In this document: positions 1 through 10,129 of the stretch, piece by piece
Layout of the letters: every line of letters begins with the position of its first letter
Position numbering within the stretch: position 1 is the first letter of the stretch
Origin: Anaerolineae bacterium
GTDB lineage: Bacteria; Chloroflexota; Anaerolineae; Epilineales; Epilineaceae
Length of the DNA stretch: 33,848 nucleotides
Direction of reading: 5' to 3'
NCBI GenBank assembly: GCA_029262755.1
Contig: JAJCYU010000015.1
Location: forward strand, 1-33,848
Notes under the pieces: generated by a model
Database searches by the model: none
The model's input: the letters and a program-made list of their open reading frames with translations, nothing else
What the model was told of the DNA's origin: nothing
Translations under genes and position numbers: made by a program

Positions 1-456
1 TCCGGCAACATCGGATCGCCGCGCCGCATGGACTTCACCGTCATGGGCGACGGGGTGAACCTGGCTAGCCGTCTCGAGGGCCTGACCAAGCAATACGCGG
101 TTGACATGCTCATCAGCGAGTTCACGCTGCGCGCCCTCCGCTCGACCTTTCGCACCCGCGAGGTCGACCGCGTGATCGTGGTGGGCAAGACCGAACCTGT
201 CGCCATTCACGAGGTGCTCGACCATCACGATGACACGAGCTTCCCCAACCTGCTGGACACGCTGTACGCCTATCGCAACGGCGTCGAGTACTACCGTGCG
301 CGACGATTCGGCGATGCGGTGGGGGCCTTCGAAGAGGCGTTGCGGCACAACCCGGACGACCAGCTATCGGCGGTGTATCGAGATCGGTGCCAGGTGCTGA
401 TCGATCAGCCGCCGGCGGAGGATTGGGACGGGGTGTGGATCGCGACGAAGAAGTAG
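1..456 (+). CDS. Class III adenylate/guanylate cyclase, 3' part only (5' end outside window), with C-terminal TPR-like tail
   Basis: Frame 1 is open from base 1. SGNIGSPRRMDFTVMGDGVNLASRLEG contains the class III cyclase motif (GDxVNxAxRLE); VxVxGK is present; C-terminal helical repeat ends PPxxDWDGVW. Confidence 0.92.
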   Translation, partial: SGNIGSPRRMDFTVMGDGVNLASRLEGLTKQYAVDMLISEFTLRALRSTFRTREVDRVIVVGKTEPVAIHEVLDHHDDTSFPNLLDTLYAYRNGVEYYRARRFGDAVGAFEEALRHNPDDQLSAVYRDRCQVLIDQPPAEDWDGVWIATKK

Positions 457-538
457 GGGAGCTGGTGTAGGCAGCGTGTGTTGGGAGCGGTCAAGGTAGT
501 CGTTGAGGACCCTTTGCGCCCCGTCGAGTCTCGCCAGG

Positions 539-619
539 AACGTCGAAGGACGTCGCCGAACGTCGAACAACGTCAAGAAAGGCCGTCCAAAGGCCGTCGA
601 AAGGCCGTCGGAGGGCGTT
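539..619. repeat. Helically phased short direct repeats with a CGTC core
   Basis: [AG]ACGTC at 539, 549, 559 and 569 (10-bp period), then AAAGGCCGTC[CG] three times at 578-610 (11-bp period). Confidence 0.6.
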
Positions 620-856
620 AAAGGGCGGTGGCTGGGGGGCATGTGGTGTAGCGGCCGGGCCGCGGCACCCCTCCGAAAAGAATTCAAGGGACCCTCGCAG
701 GAGGGGTGGATCGACGGGGATGGCCGTACAGGAATCCTTTTCTCCGGGGCGCCACGGCCCGGCCTCGTGCTCTTGGGGGGGTGCGGCTGGGAGGGTGGAT
801 GGTGGGCTGTACGCTTGCCCGACGTCGATGAAGATTCGGCTGGTTGATTCGTGGTG

Positions 857-2335
857 CTAGTTGCCGCAGGCTGTGACGCGGATGATGCGGAGGCGGTCGA
901 GCTCGTCCCAGGCGGAGGCCCATAGGACGTCGCCGGTGGCGGTCGTCATCATGTCCAGGCGGGCGGCCAGGGTGGGGGCGATGATGGTGGGTTGCTCGAT
1001 GAAGGTGCCCGCGCGGTCGACGGTCGCGATGTGGTGCGCGTCGTCGGCGGTCCAGGAGGCGAGGAAGTGGGCGGGGGAGCCGGTTCCGATGCGGGCGAGG
1101 TGGGGCGATGCCTCGTCGATGGCGCGGGTGTCGGTTAGCCACGTGGGAGGGGAGGGCGCGCCGTCGTTGGCCACATGCAGCAGGCCGATGTCGCGGGAGG
1201 GACGGCCTTCCGGTGAGGCGAAGGTGAGCAGGAAGCCGTCGTCCACGGGCACCCAACCGCCGAGGCGGGCGGAGCTGGAGCCGGAGCCGTTGCCGCTCGG
1301 TTCGGCGCGGATGAGGGCCTCGCGGTAGCCGAAGTTGAAGCCCTTGGCCGGGTATATGTCCGACAGGCAGACGGGGCCGAAGCGCGTGCCGTTGTGGGCC
1401 AGGCGTAGGTCGAGGCTATGACTGCAGCCCCAGTCCCACGAGGGGGCACGGTCGATACGGATGCCCTCGATGTCGTAGCGCCAAAAGAGATCGCCCTGGT
1501 GGACGCCGTTGCCGCCGAAATGGGCGGAGTGGCCGGCGTAGACGCCGTACTCGCCCGCGGCCTCGCTCCACACGAGCCGGGACTCGTAGGAGAAGGCCTC
1601 GCTCCACTTGTCGCCCTCCCGGTTGTGGCGGTTGTCGCCGATGATCAGGATGTCGAGCTGGGGGGAGCCGTCTGGGGCGAAGCGCGCCAGGCGGAGTTCG
1701 TCGCCTTGGACGAGCAGGGCGGCGGGCGAACCGTCCGGGTGCACCGTCAGGCCGCGGACTTCCTCGGCGTCGAGGACGATGTCGGGGCCGGCGCGTTGAT
1801 CGTCGGCGTCGAGCGGGGTGAGGTAGGCGGCGCGGCCGTCGCTCCAGCCGACCCAGGCGGCGGGCGAGGTGGGGTCGGATGCGGGATCCGGGTGCGGAGC
1901 GAGGAACATGGCGACCGGCCAGCGGCCGCGGCCGGCGCGAAGGGCCGTCGTGCGCGGCGCGATATCGATGTCCGTGAGCAGGACGCGGTCGGCGAGCGGC
2001 AGGCAGGGGAGCGGTACTGGGGTGGGCGTGGGGCCGGTCGGGGTGGCGGTGGCGGTGGGCGTCGTGGCCAGCGGAGGGGTAGCGGACGCGGCATCTGGCG
2101 GCCGGCGCAGGGGATCGTTGCGCAGCAGGGTCGGCAGGTGGGCGGTCCAGACGGGGTCGATCGAGCCTTGGGCGGCGGGGGCCGCGCGAAGACCCTGAGA
2201 AGCGGATGGGTTCGCGGCGAAGATCGCGGGTAGGAGGAGTGCGAGAAGCACGAGCACGGGTCCCGTGCGGCGCGCGGGAGCGCTGCGAGCTGGCCGGGGT
2301 GCCGGGGTGGATTCGTCGCGGTGCTGGATGAGCAT
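857..2335 (-). CDS. Secreted hypothetical protein (492 aa): signal peptide, Pro/Thr linker, probable beta-rich domain
   Basis: ATG at 2335 is preceded by SD GAGAGGAG. Hydrophobic stretch VLVLLALLLPAIFAA, AHLPTLLRN motif, TPTATATPT linker. The upstream part of the 708-aa ORF is a shadow of the divergent gene. Confidence 0.8.
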   Translation of the reverse strand: MLIQHRDESTPAPRPARSAPARRTGPVLVLLALLLPAIFAANPSASQGLRAAPAAQGSIDPVWTAHLPTLLRNDPLRRPPDAASATPPLATTPTATATPTGPTPTPVPLPCLPLADRVLLTDIDIAPRTTALRAGRGRWPVAMFLAPHPDPASDPTSPAAWVGWSDGRAAYLTPLDADDQRAGPDIVLDAEEVRGLTVHPDGSPAALLVQGDELRLARFAPDGSPQLDILIIGDNRHNREGDKWSEAFSYESRLVWSEAAGEYGVYAGHSAHFGGNGVHQGDLFWRYDIEGIRIDRAPSWDWGCSHSLDLRLAHNGTRFGPVCLSDIYPAKGFNFGYREALIRAEPSGNGSGSSSARLGGWVPVDDGFLLTFASPEGRPSRDIGLLHVANDGAPSPPTWLTDTRAIDEASPHLARIGTGSPAHFLASWTADDAHHIATVDRAGTFIEQPTIIAPTLAARLDMMTTATGDVLWASAWDELDRLRIIRVTACGN

Positions 2336-2675
2336 GCCCGGCTCCTCTCGGTGGATTGCGTGGGGGGCTGGGGAAGGGGCGGCGGTACTGGCGACTGGTG
2401 TAACGTGCGAACGGGCAGGGATAGGACGGTAGGATGGTCCAACCTTCTGGAGCATCTTGCGCGCAGGTCTTGAGGCACAGGGTTGATGCTGAGATGTGCG
2501 GGCGACGAGATTGGGCCTGCCGCGCGATGGACGGTGCGCGCTGAGACCAGCCGAGGGCTGGGAACGAGGGATCCCTACGGCTTGTCCTCGTGGGCAGCCG
2601 TGGATAGGCTGCGGGGAGGCGAGCTTGGATGATCGCCGCGCACGTGCACGGGCCTGGGAGGCGAACCGACCGACA

Positions 2676-5600
2676 ATGACGGTGCCGTGGGAGCTCCAGC
2701 TGCTAGGTCGATTGCGCGCCGTGCATGGCGAGCGGGTGGTCGAGCGCTTCACGACGCGCAAGACGGGCGCGCTCCTAGCCTGGCTGGCCCTGCATCCGGA
2801 CCGGCCGCAGCCGCGCGAGCAACTCGTCGAGCGCTTCTGGCCGGACAGCGCGCCCGCCGCAGGCCGCAACAGCCTCAGCCAGGCGCTCTCTGCCTTGCGG
2901 CGTGAGCTGGAGCGCTCGGTCGGGGTGACGGTCTTCGAGGCGGATCGGGACCAGGTGGAGCTGCTGAGCGTGGCCGTGCGCACGGACGTTGCCGGTTTCC
3001 GGGCGGCGTTGCGGCGGGCGGAGGGCGTGGACGCGGGTTCGACGGAGCACGTTGCGGCCCTCTCCGAGGCCGTCGCGCTCTACCGTGGCGAGCTCCTCCC
3101 CGCCCACTACGACGACTGGATTTTGAGCACGCGTGACGCGCTGGCGGGAGGCCACCAGTGGGCGCTGTCCGCCGCGGTCGACGCCCAACTGTCCGCCGGG
3201 AACGCCGCCGCCGCCGTGCGGCTCGCCCGCGAGGCCGTGGCGGCGGACGATCTGCGCGAAGCCGCGCGGCGCGATCTGATCCGCGCCCTATGGGCCGCGG
3301 ACCAACACGCGGCGGCGCGAACGGAGGCCGCGGCACTCGTGCGCATGCTGGAAGAGGCGCTAGGCGTCGAGCCGGAGGAAGACACCATGCGGTTGGTGGA
3401 GCTGGTATCGGGACCGAACGATCCAGCGACCGCTCGGGGCGGAGCGATGCCGGTTGCCGAGGGCACCGTCTCTGCGGAGGCCGCCGAAACCCCAGGCCCG
3501 TGGGAGGGGACCGCGACGTGGCTCGTGGTGCGCTGCGCAGAGGAGGCGAGTTCGGAGGAACGCGCCGGTTTCCTGCGACGACTTGGGCGCTTGGCGAGGG
3601 ACTTCGGCGGACACGTCGTTCGGCCAGGGTCGCAGGAGACGGTGCTCCGGCTCTCGCGTGCGAGCGACGCGGTGTCGTTGGCCGTCGAGCTTCGGCGTGG
3701 AGCCCGCATTGGGCTTCACATGGGCCTGGACACCGGCGAGGCGCGAGCGACATCGTTGGCGGATGCATCCGAAGACCTGCTTGGCCGCGCGGCGGGCCCC
3801 GCCGCCGTTTGTGCGGCCGCGCTCGCCGCCCTCACCCAACAGGGACATATCGTGATGACGCGGGCGACCATGTTGGTGGCGAGCCCTCACCTCAGCGAAG
3901 AATCGGATGCCGTGCCCTTGGGCCGATACGAGGTGGACGATGGGCGAACGTCCGTAGCGCTCTTCGAAGTTGCGCCGACTGGCGGTCCGCCGCTAAGTGC
4001 CACGCCTACCGCTGCGAGTGCGATTCCCGAGCGGTTGAATCGATTCGTCGGGCGTGGGACGGAGCGTGCGGAGGTCGCGGCGCTGCTAGTCCGTGAAGAC
4101 GTGCGCCTGCTGACGATCGGGGGCATGGGTGGCATCGGCAAGACGCGCCTGGCCAACACGGTAGCCTCAGACTGGGAAGCGGCAGGGAGCGGGCGTGCGA
4201 TCTGGGTGGAGTTGGCGGCAGTCGACAACCCAGCCGCTATGCCGCGCGCCATTGGGGAAGCGGCTGGACTCTCTCCCGATCAGCTAGCGGATCCGTTGCC
4301 GGCGCTCGCGGAGGTCCTGGCCGATGCACCGACATTGATGGTCTTGGACAACCTTGAACAGCTCTTGCCGGAAGGCGCGACGTGGGTCGCGGAGCTGCTA
4401 CTAGCCTGCCCGGCTACGTGCCTCGTCACGTCTCGCCGCCGACTAGGGATCGAGGGCGAGCGGCTCTATCCGCTCTCGCCCTTACCGTTGCCCAACCTGG
4501 CGGAGTTGGGACTGCAGTTGCGTCGCAATCCGAGCGTCGCGCTCTTCGTAGACCGCGTCGAAGCGGTTCAGCCGGACCGGAGCTTCGGAGACGTCGAGCT
4601 GGTCGATGTCGCACGACTGTGTGCGGAATTGGAGGGCGTGCCGTTGGCCATCGAGCTTGCCGCCGCGCGGGCGGGTTTGCTGGGCCCCACCCAGATGCTT
4701 GACCGCATCTCAGATCGGTTGTTGTGGTTGGCGCAGCAGCGCTGGGACCTGAGCGAGCGTCAACGCTCGCTGCGCGGTGCAATTGATTGGAGCTACACGC
4801 TATTGGACGAAACGCAGCGGCGGGTTTTCGTCGATCTGGCCGTCTTCCACGGGGGCTGGGACCTCGACGCAGCGGAGGCGGTGCTGGATGATCCGTTGAT
4901 CCTCGACCGGCTGGCCGAGCTGCGGGACGCGTCGCTCATCTCGACGGAGGTAGCGGATGGCGTCGTGCGCCATCGAATGCTGGAGACGTTGCGTGCTTAT
5001 GTGGTGGAACGCCTGGCGGAGGATCCCGAACGGCGCCGAACACTGATAGCCCGGCATGCGTCCTATTTCGCCGAGATGGCCGATGGCGCCAAGCATGCGA
5101 TCATGGGCGTCGAGCAGGCGCATTGGATGACCCTGCTCGGACGTGAGGAAGAGAACCTGCGCGCGGCCTTGCGCTGGAGCGGTACGCCCGATGGAGACAC
5201 AGAGATCGGGCTGCTGCTCGGTGTGGGGCTACAGTACTTTTGGGTGACGCGCGGCGCTTTGAGGATCGGGTTGGAGCACCTGCAGCCGTTGTTGGCCAAA
5301 CCAGACGCGGGGGCCGACCCGGCGCTGCAAGCGCAGGCCCTTCGGGTAGCGGGCGGATTCGCAAGCTTGCTCGGTGACCATGCGGAGGCCGAGCAGATGC
5401 TGGAAGCGGCGTTGGCACTTCAGCGTCTCCGCGGCGACCGTTGGGGCGAGCTCATCACGTGCTACTCGCTGGCGTTGTTGGCGCAATCGACGGGACGCCT
5501 CGACAGGATGCGCAGGCTGGCCGAGACCTGTGTCGACGGCTTTCGCACGATCCACACGCCGCAGGCGGAGCGCGCATTGGCGGCTACGCTCAATCTGCTC

Positions 5601-6095
5601 GGGGTCGTCGATCGCAAGGAGGGCAGGCTTGAGCTAGCGGCCGATCGCTATGCGGAGAGCCTCGACGTATTGCGCCGTCAGGGGGACAGGAAGGCGGTGG
5701 CGACGTTGCTCAATAACCTGGCCCAAGTAGAGCGGGACGCGGGTCGGCTCGAGGCTGCATACGCCCACCTCAGAGAGGCCATGGCGCTCGCGGAGGCGGT
5801 TGGGAGCCGCTGGTCGACGATCCTGTCCATGCACGAGATGGCGTCTGTGAATGCCAGGGCGGGCGATCATGAACGGGCGGCGCGGCTCATGGCGGCGGTG
5901 CAGACGCACGGCTCCGGCATCGAGCAAGCTGACCATGAAGCGTTGCGCGACGAGCAGACCCAGGCCATCGACGCCCTCCGTGCGTTGATGGGCAGTCGCG
6001 TCTTCGATCGTGCCTGGCAGCATGGCGCGGCGCTCGACTGGGCGGGCGCGCTGCTTGAGGCCGAGTCTCCATTAGGGGCCGTGCGGGACCGTTAG
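2676..6095 (+). CDS. AfsR/SARP-family regulator: winged HTH, BTAD, degenerate cyclase-like domain, NB-ARC/STAND ATPase, TPR
   Basis: WELQLLG...LLAWLAL...REQLVERFWPD; BTAD motif ALYRGELL...DDW; Walker A GMGGIGKT; Walker B LMVLDNLEQ; GVPLAIELAAAR; RQRSLRGAIDWSY; C-terminal TPRs. Start taken at ATG 2676 (MTVPW). Confidence 0.9.
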   Translation: MTVPWELQLLGRLRAVHGERVVERFTTRKTGALLAWLALHPDRPQPREQLVERFWPDSAPAAGRNSLSQALSALRRELERSVGVTVFEADRDQVELLSVAVRTDVAGFRAALRRAEGVDAGSTEHVAALSEAVALYRGELLPAHYDDWILSTRDALAGGHQWALSAAVDAQLSAGNAAAAVRLAREAVAADDLREAARRDLIRALWAADQHAAARTEAAALVRMLEEALGVEPEEDTMRLVELVSGPNDPATARGGAMPVAEGTVSAEAAETPGPWEGTATWLVVRCAEEASSEERAGFLRRLGRLARDFGGHVVRPGSQETVLRLSRASDAVSLAVELRRGARIGLHMGLDTGEARATSLADASEDLLGRAAGPAAVCAAALAALTQQGHIVMTRATMLVASPHLSEESDAVPLGRYEVDDGRTSVALFEVAPTGGPPLSATPTAASAIPERLNRFVGRGTERAEVAALLVREDVRLLTIGGMGGIGKTRLANTVASDWEAAGSGRAIWVELAAVDNPAAMPRAIGEAAGLSPDQLADPLPALAEVLADAPTLMVLDNLEQLLPEGATWVAELLLACPATCLVTSRRRLGIEGERLYPLSPLPLPNLAELGLQLRRNPSVALFVDRVEAVQPDRSFGDVELVDVARLCAELEGVPLAIELAAARAGLLGPTQMLDRISDRLLWLAQQRWDLSERQRSLRGAIDWSYTLLDETQRRVFVDLAVFHGGWDLDAAEAVLDDPLILDRLAELRDASLISTEVADGVVRHRMLETLRAYVVERLAEDPERRRTLIARHASYFAEMADGAKHAIMGVEQAHWMTLLGREEENLRAALRWSGTPDGDTEIGLLLGVGLQYFWVTRGALRIGLEHLQPLLAKPDAGADPALQAQALRVAGGFASLLGDHAEAEQMLEAALALQRLRGDRWGELITCYSLALLAQSTGRLDRMRRLAETCVDGFRTIHTPQAERALAATLNLLGVVDRKEGRLELAADRYAESLDVLRRQGDRKAVATLLNNLAQVERDAGRLEAAYAHLREAMALAEAVGSRWSTILSMHEMASVNARAGDHERAARLMAAVQTHGSGIEQADHEALRDEQTQAIDALRALMGSRVFDRAWQHGAALDWAGALLEAESPLGAVRDR

Positions 6096-6112
6096 AGGCT
6101 CTCCGCGAAAGA

Positions 6113-6145
6113 TTTCAGAGACCTTACAGACCGCGGATCTAGGCT
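6113..6145 (+). promoter_or_regulatory. Putative SARP/OmpR-type direct-repeat operator plus -10 box for the M23 gene
   Basis: TTTCAGA (6113) and TTACAGA (6124) lie 11 bp apart; TAGGCT follows at 6140-6145; SD AAGGAG at about 6189. Confidence 0.5.
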
Positions 6146-6201
6146 GCTGCACGTGATCTCGGTGCCGGATCGTCCGGCGCCAACGTGCAAGGAGCTTTGC
6201 C

Positions 6202-8859
6202 ATGATTCCGCAGCCTTTTCTTCCCCTTCGTGCCGCGCTCGCGCTGAGCGTCGCGGCCCTCCTACTCCTCTTCGGCGCCCCAGCGCTCGATGCCTCCGCC
6301 GCGCCGGCCTCCCAGGCCCGCGCGCCCCAACCTACCCCGACGACCTCGCTCGGCAAGGCGCCGCAGCCCACGGCGACGCCGTTCGGGCCAGGCAACAAGA
6401 AGGCTCCGCAGCAACGGCCGCAGCTGGAGTTGGTGAACTTGCGCCCGAAGGTCGGCCGTACGGTCGTGATCGAACCCGTGGCACCGCGCAGCGACCAACA
6501 CGACCCCACGTGGATGGCCAATATCGACATCGACGTCGTCAACGCCGGTTCGGATTGGCTGCGCCTGGATCAGGTGCGGGTCGGGTACACGGGCGGCGGC
6601 GTGCCCGCGATCGACGTGCCGGGCTTCGACTTGGTCCACACGGTCAACGAGAAGAGCGAGTTGCTTGGCGATGCGTGGCACCGCGTCGGGGTCTCCGTGG
6701 AGTACGCAGACGACCTCGACGACTCCCTACCCAAGGACGCGCAGGCGCACTTCGCAGGCGTGGAAGTCCTAAACGACGGCCCGATCTTCTTTGGGCACGC
6801 CTCGATGCCGCAGGACCGATTCCTGGTGGCGCGCTATTCGGATACCGGCTTCGTCGATAGCGCGACCACTACCTTTCTTGAGGCAAGCTCCTCCAGGGCA
6901 TACGGCGCCCATCTGAAGGGCAGCGAATTGGTCACCGTCGGCAGCGCAACGGTAGACGGGCAGTCGCGGATGGCGGTTGCCGCCTTCAACGCATCCGACA
7001 TCACGCCCAACCTGGCCTTCGGCGATATCGTCGACAACGCGCGTATCGGTCGGACCACGATCGTCGTGCCGGGCTGCGAGAACGCAACGGCCCGGGCGGT
7101 CGACGAGCTGGAGTGGCTGTATGTGCTGGACGTGGAGCAGATCTATGCGGTTGCCGGCGACGCTGACTGTGGCGCCGGCAGGGTCGCGGTGCTGTCTATG
7201 CTCGACGGCGTTGGTGAAGCACGCGAGGGATTCAACGGCGGACAGCCGGTGATCGTCGCGCACCCGAGCGGTGCGCCGCTCACCGTAGCCGGTGTTGCGG
7301 TGGTCCTTCCGGATAACACGCCGCCCTGGACCTATGTAGCGGCCAAGGTGGGCTCGAATTGCCACGACGGCAATTGGGCTCTGCAGGGCGACTGCCGAAT
7401 GTCCCTCACCCGCTTCGATATCAGCGGCGCACAGGACGCCGGTTTTGGGGTCATGGGGTGGTCGGACATCTCCTTCCCTGGTGCATTGCGGGCCGGGGTC
7501 GAGGCCCTACTGCACGACGGGATCAACGAGCGACTCCTGCTGGGCGGTTGGACGGCCCACGACATCGGCAAGCCCATCGTGGAGCGGCGCTGGGCGATCG
7601 CGGCGCTGACCGAGAACGGCACGCCGGACGCCTCCTTCGCGCCCAAGGGCAACATCGACCAGATCGCGTGCCCCGGTTGCGGAGGCGGGCTGCTGCAACA
7701 CACCTTCAACAAGCGCTCCGGCGCGATCCGCGACCTCGACACCACCTCCGGTCAGCTGGTGGCCGGTGGATGGGCACTCAACCACAAGGGCCAATGGGAC
7801 TTCGCCGTCGGCCGCTACGACGAGATCGGCACGCCGCTATGGGGCCGCCTGGCCTACACGCCGGAGCGGCGCGACGAGAACAGCTCCGCCGCGGCGCACG
7901 GCGTGGCATTCGACAAGAGCGGCCGCATCGTGTTGGCCGGCATGGCGCCGGGCGGCGGCCGCGCGGGCACGGCCCGCTTCCACGAGGTCGGGCGCATCGA
8001 CACCGTGCTTGAGATCGGCCCCAGCGCGGAGCGCCACCTGCGCCTGCCGGACGGACGCCAGCTAACGCAGCTGCCGTCGGAGGTGCACGTCGATTGGCAC
8101 ACCGCGGAGTGGTCGCTGCCCTACGAGCTTGATATCCCGGTCCAGGAGCACGAGACGCCGGTGATCGGTAGCTACCGCTACCCGCTGGACGGCCTGGGGT
8201 CGGGACAGATGTGGTCGCAAGGGCAGCACCACGAACTGGACACCTTGCATCGCTCCTCGCTCAGCCAACGCTATGCCTATGACGTCGGGGCGGTTCGTTG
8301 GGACGCCGGAGAAGGCGCTTGGACGGGGTACGTCGAAGGGGGCGAGGCGGCAAACGACAACGACGATTGGGTGGTCTACGGCAAGACGGTCCGCGCCGCG
8401 GCCGGCGGACGGGTGGTCTCCTGCTACAGCGGTCTTGATGAAAACGAGCCCGGAGAGATTCGGCAGGATGTCGTGGCCATCGCGGGCGGCGGCAACATGT
8501 TCTGGATCGAGCACGACAGCGGCGAGTACGCGCTGTATGCGCACATGATTCCCGACTCGGTGAACCTCGATCTCTGCCCTGAGAACGGCGAGGCGTACTA
8601 CAAGAACAACCTGGTGCCGGTCAACGAGGGCGACGAGCTGGGGCGGGTCGGCAACTCCGGCAACTCCACGGGTCCGCACCTCCACTTCCACGTGCAGACG
8701 GGAATTGAGTCGATTCTCGGCACGCCCAGCGAAGGAGTGCCTGCCCTCTTCCGTGGCATCGACGTGCTAGACAAGAAGGACCTCGGCGACGTGCCGGTGC
8801 CTACCGGTTGGGTCGAAGTCCTCCGCCAGGCCATTCCCTTCAGCGTGTACCTGCGCTAG
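6202..8859 (+). CDS. Secreted M23-family metallopeptidase with delta-60-like beta-propeller repeats (885 aa)
   Basis: Signal peptide; repeats such as FDISGAQDAGFG and LTENGTPDASF; C-terminal M23 motifs H...RYAYD, YAHM and GRVGNSGNSTGPHLHF. Confidence 0.88.
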   Translation: MIPQPFLPLRAALALSVAALLLLFGAPALDASAAPASQARAPQPTPTTSLGKAPQPTATPFGPGNKKAPQQRPQLELVNLRPKVGRTVVIEPVAPRSDQHDPTWMANIDIDVVNAGSDWLRLDQVRVGYTGGGVPAIDVPGFDLVHTVNEKSELLGDAWHRVGVSVEYADDLDDSLPKDAQAHFAGVEVLNDGPIFFGHASMPQDRFLVARYSDTGFVDSATTTFLEASSSRAYGAHLKGSELVTVGSATVDGQSRMAVAAFNASDITPNLAFGDIVDNARIGRTTIVVPGCENATARAVDELEWLYVLDVEQIYAVAGDADCGAGRVAVLSMLDGVGEAREGFNGGQPVIVAHPSGAPLTVAGVAVVLPDNTPPWTYVAAKVGSNCHDGNWALQGDCRMSLTRFDISGAQDAGFGVMGWSDISFPGALRAGVEALLHDGINERLLLGGWTAHDIGKPIVERRWAIAALTENGTPDASFAPKGNIDQIACPGCGGGLLQHTFNKRSGAIRDLDTTSGQLVAGGWALNHKGQWDFAVGRYDEIGTPLWGRLAYTPERRDENSSAAAHGVAFDKSGRIVLAGMAPGGGRAGTARFHEVGRIDTVLEIGPSAERHLRLPDGRQLTQLPSEVHVDWHTAEWSLPYELDIPVQEHETPVIGSYRYPLDGLGSGQMWSQGQHHELDTLHRSSLSQRYAYDVGAVRWDAGEGAWTGYVEGGEAANDNDDWVVYGKTVRAAAGGRVVSCYSGLDENEPGEIRQDVVAIAGGGNMFWIEHDSGEYALYAHMIPDSVNLDLCPENGEAYYKNNLVPVNEGDELGRVGNSGNSTGPHLHFHVQTGIESILGTPSEGVPALFRGIDVLDKKDLGDVPVPTGWVEVLRQAIPFSVYLR

Positions 8860-9248
8860 CGGATGCGCGAAGGGCTGGAGACGGGTCTAGCGAAAGCGGG
8901 GCGTGGGTGGCCGGGAGGCCACCTGCGCCCGCGTTTTGGTGTGGGGCAGGAGAGCAAGGAGCGGGTGACTCAGATCAGGGTGCAGCGTGCGGTGTCCGCC
9001 CCCATTTGCCCCCCCGGCAACGTCGCCATTTGCCCGCCAATGCCCCTCGGGCCTCGCTCCGGCAAGGTGCGCGGACGGCCAGTTGCCGGTGTACGCAGGA
9101 TGTCGTCTTCGATCGCGAACCCTCCCGGGCTTTGCGGTCCGTCCTAGCGGCCCCTGATTCGAACTCGCAATGTGATGTCCCGGGCGAACCACGGGCAACC
9201 TGTCCCAAAGCGTCGGTCCGCGGTCGGCTGGGTCCCGCCTTAACAGGC

Positions 9249-9284
9249 AAGTCGGCCGGCGGGCTTTCGCCTGCCGGCCGACTT
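9249..9284. terminator. Strong hairpin between convergent genes, probable (bidirectional) terminator
   Basis: AAGTCGGCCGGCGGGC-TTTC-GCCTGCCGGCCGACTT forms a 16-bp stem with one G-U pair. Confidence 0.7.
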
Positions 9285-9407
9285 TCGCCGATGCGCCGGA
9301 TGATATTCGTTTGGGTCCTGCCGACCCTGACTTGATTCCTCGCTGCCGTGCTCGGTGTTTCGTGTGAGCCTAGGCTCTACGTCCTAGTGTCGCTGCGGAC
9401 CGGATTC

Positions 9408-9887
9408 TTAGTTGTTGTCCGCGCCGGGCAGGGGCAGCGTGTGGCGGATCGGCTGGTTGTGGGCGAGCCAGGTGCGCAGATGCGTCAGTGCGTTCTGGGC
9501 GACCTCGCGCTCCGGGGTCGTGTCGGCCATCAGGGTGTACTCGCCGCCGCAAGCCTGCTCGGCCACGGTGGCCATCCAGTCCGTCGCGCCCTGGATCGAA
9601 CCGTGAATGTCGGAGAGCGAGCGCGGAGCGATCTCGTTCGTGCCTTCAAGGTCGCGGGCAATCGAGCGACCGCGCTTGGCGACGTCGGCGACCTGTGCGT
9701 CGCAGGCCATCTCCGGCTTGATGGAGACGAGCTCGGCAACCTGCTCGAAGTCGGCGTGCCATGCGTTGACGATCGGCTCGAAGGTGTTCATCGCTTCGAC
9801 GTACTCGGCCGTGTCGGCGAAGGCGGTCGTTGCGGTGGCGTAGAGGGCGAGGGCGGTCAGGAGGGCGGTCATCATCGTGCGGCGCAT
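9408..9887 (-). CDS. Small secreted helical hypothetical protein (159 aa)
   Basis: SD AAGGA; signal peptide MRRTMMTALLTALALYATATTAFA-D; GC3-rich codons; two Cys. Confidence 0.8.
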   Translation of the reverse strand: MRRTMMTALLTALALYATATTAFADTAEYVEAMNTFEPIVNAWHADFEQVAELVSIKPEMACDAQVADVAKRGRSIARDLEGTNEIAPRSLSDIHGSIQGATDWMATVAEQACGGEYTLMADTTPEREVAQNALTHLRTWLAHNQPIRHTLPLPGADNN

Positions 9888-10129
9888 GGTTTGTTTCCTT
9901 GGGGTGGGCCACCGGCGAAGCGGCCATCAACATCAGCGTAAATACAGTATCGGGCTTGCGGAGCGACTATGCTTGACCCCGGAACGACCGTGGATCGACC
10001 GGATGAGGACCGGGCCCTGTCCGGAGGCTGACGAAACGCAGACCCGGGCCCACGGGGTCCGTTGCGGCCATGGACGCGTGGATGTTTCCCCTTCTTTGTG
10101 CATGCGAGACAACGACTCGGAGATCAGGC

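Noticed and set aside
2336..2983. N-terminal extensions of the 708-aa (minus) and 1199-aa (plus) ORFs
   Set aside because: They overlap each other. The strong SD at ATG 2335 and the domain start at ATG 2676 define shorter, non-overlapping divergent genes.
9150..9170. tRNA T-loop-like GTTCGAATC on the minus strand
   Set aside because: No T-stem pairing or cloverleaf.
9999..10040. Hammerhead-ribozyme-like core (CGGATGAG-GAC...GTC-CGGAG)
   Set aside because: The essential CUGANGA and GAAA are both mutated, and stems I and III are not evident.
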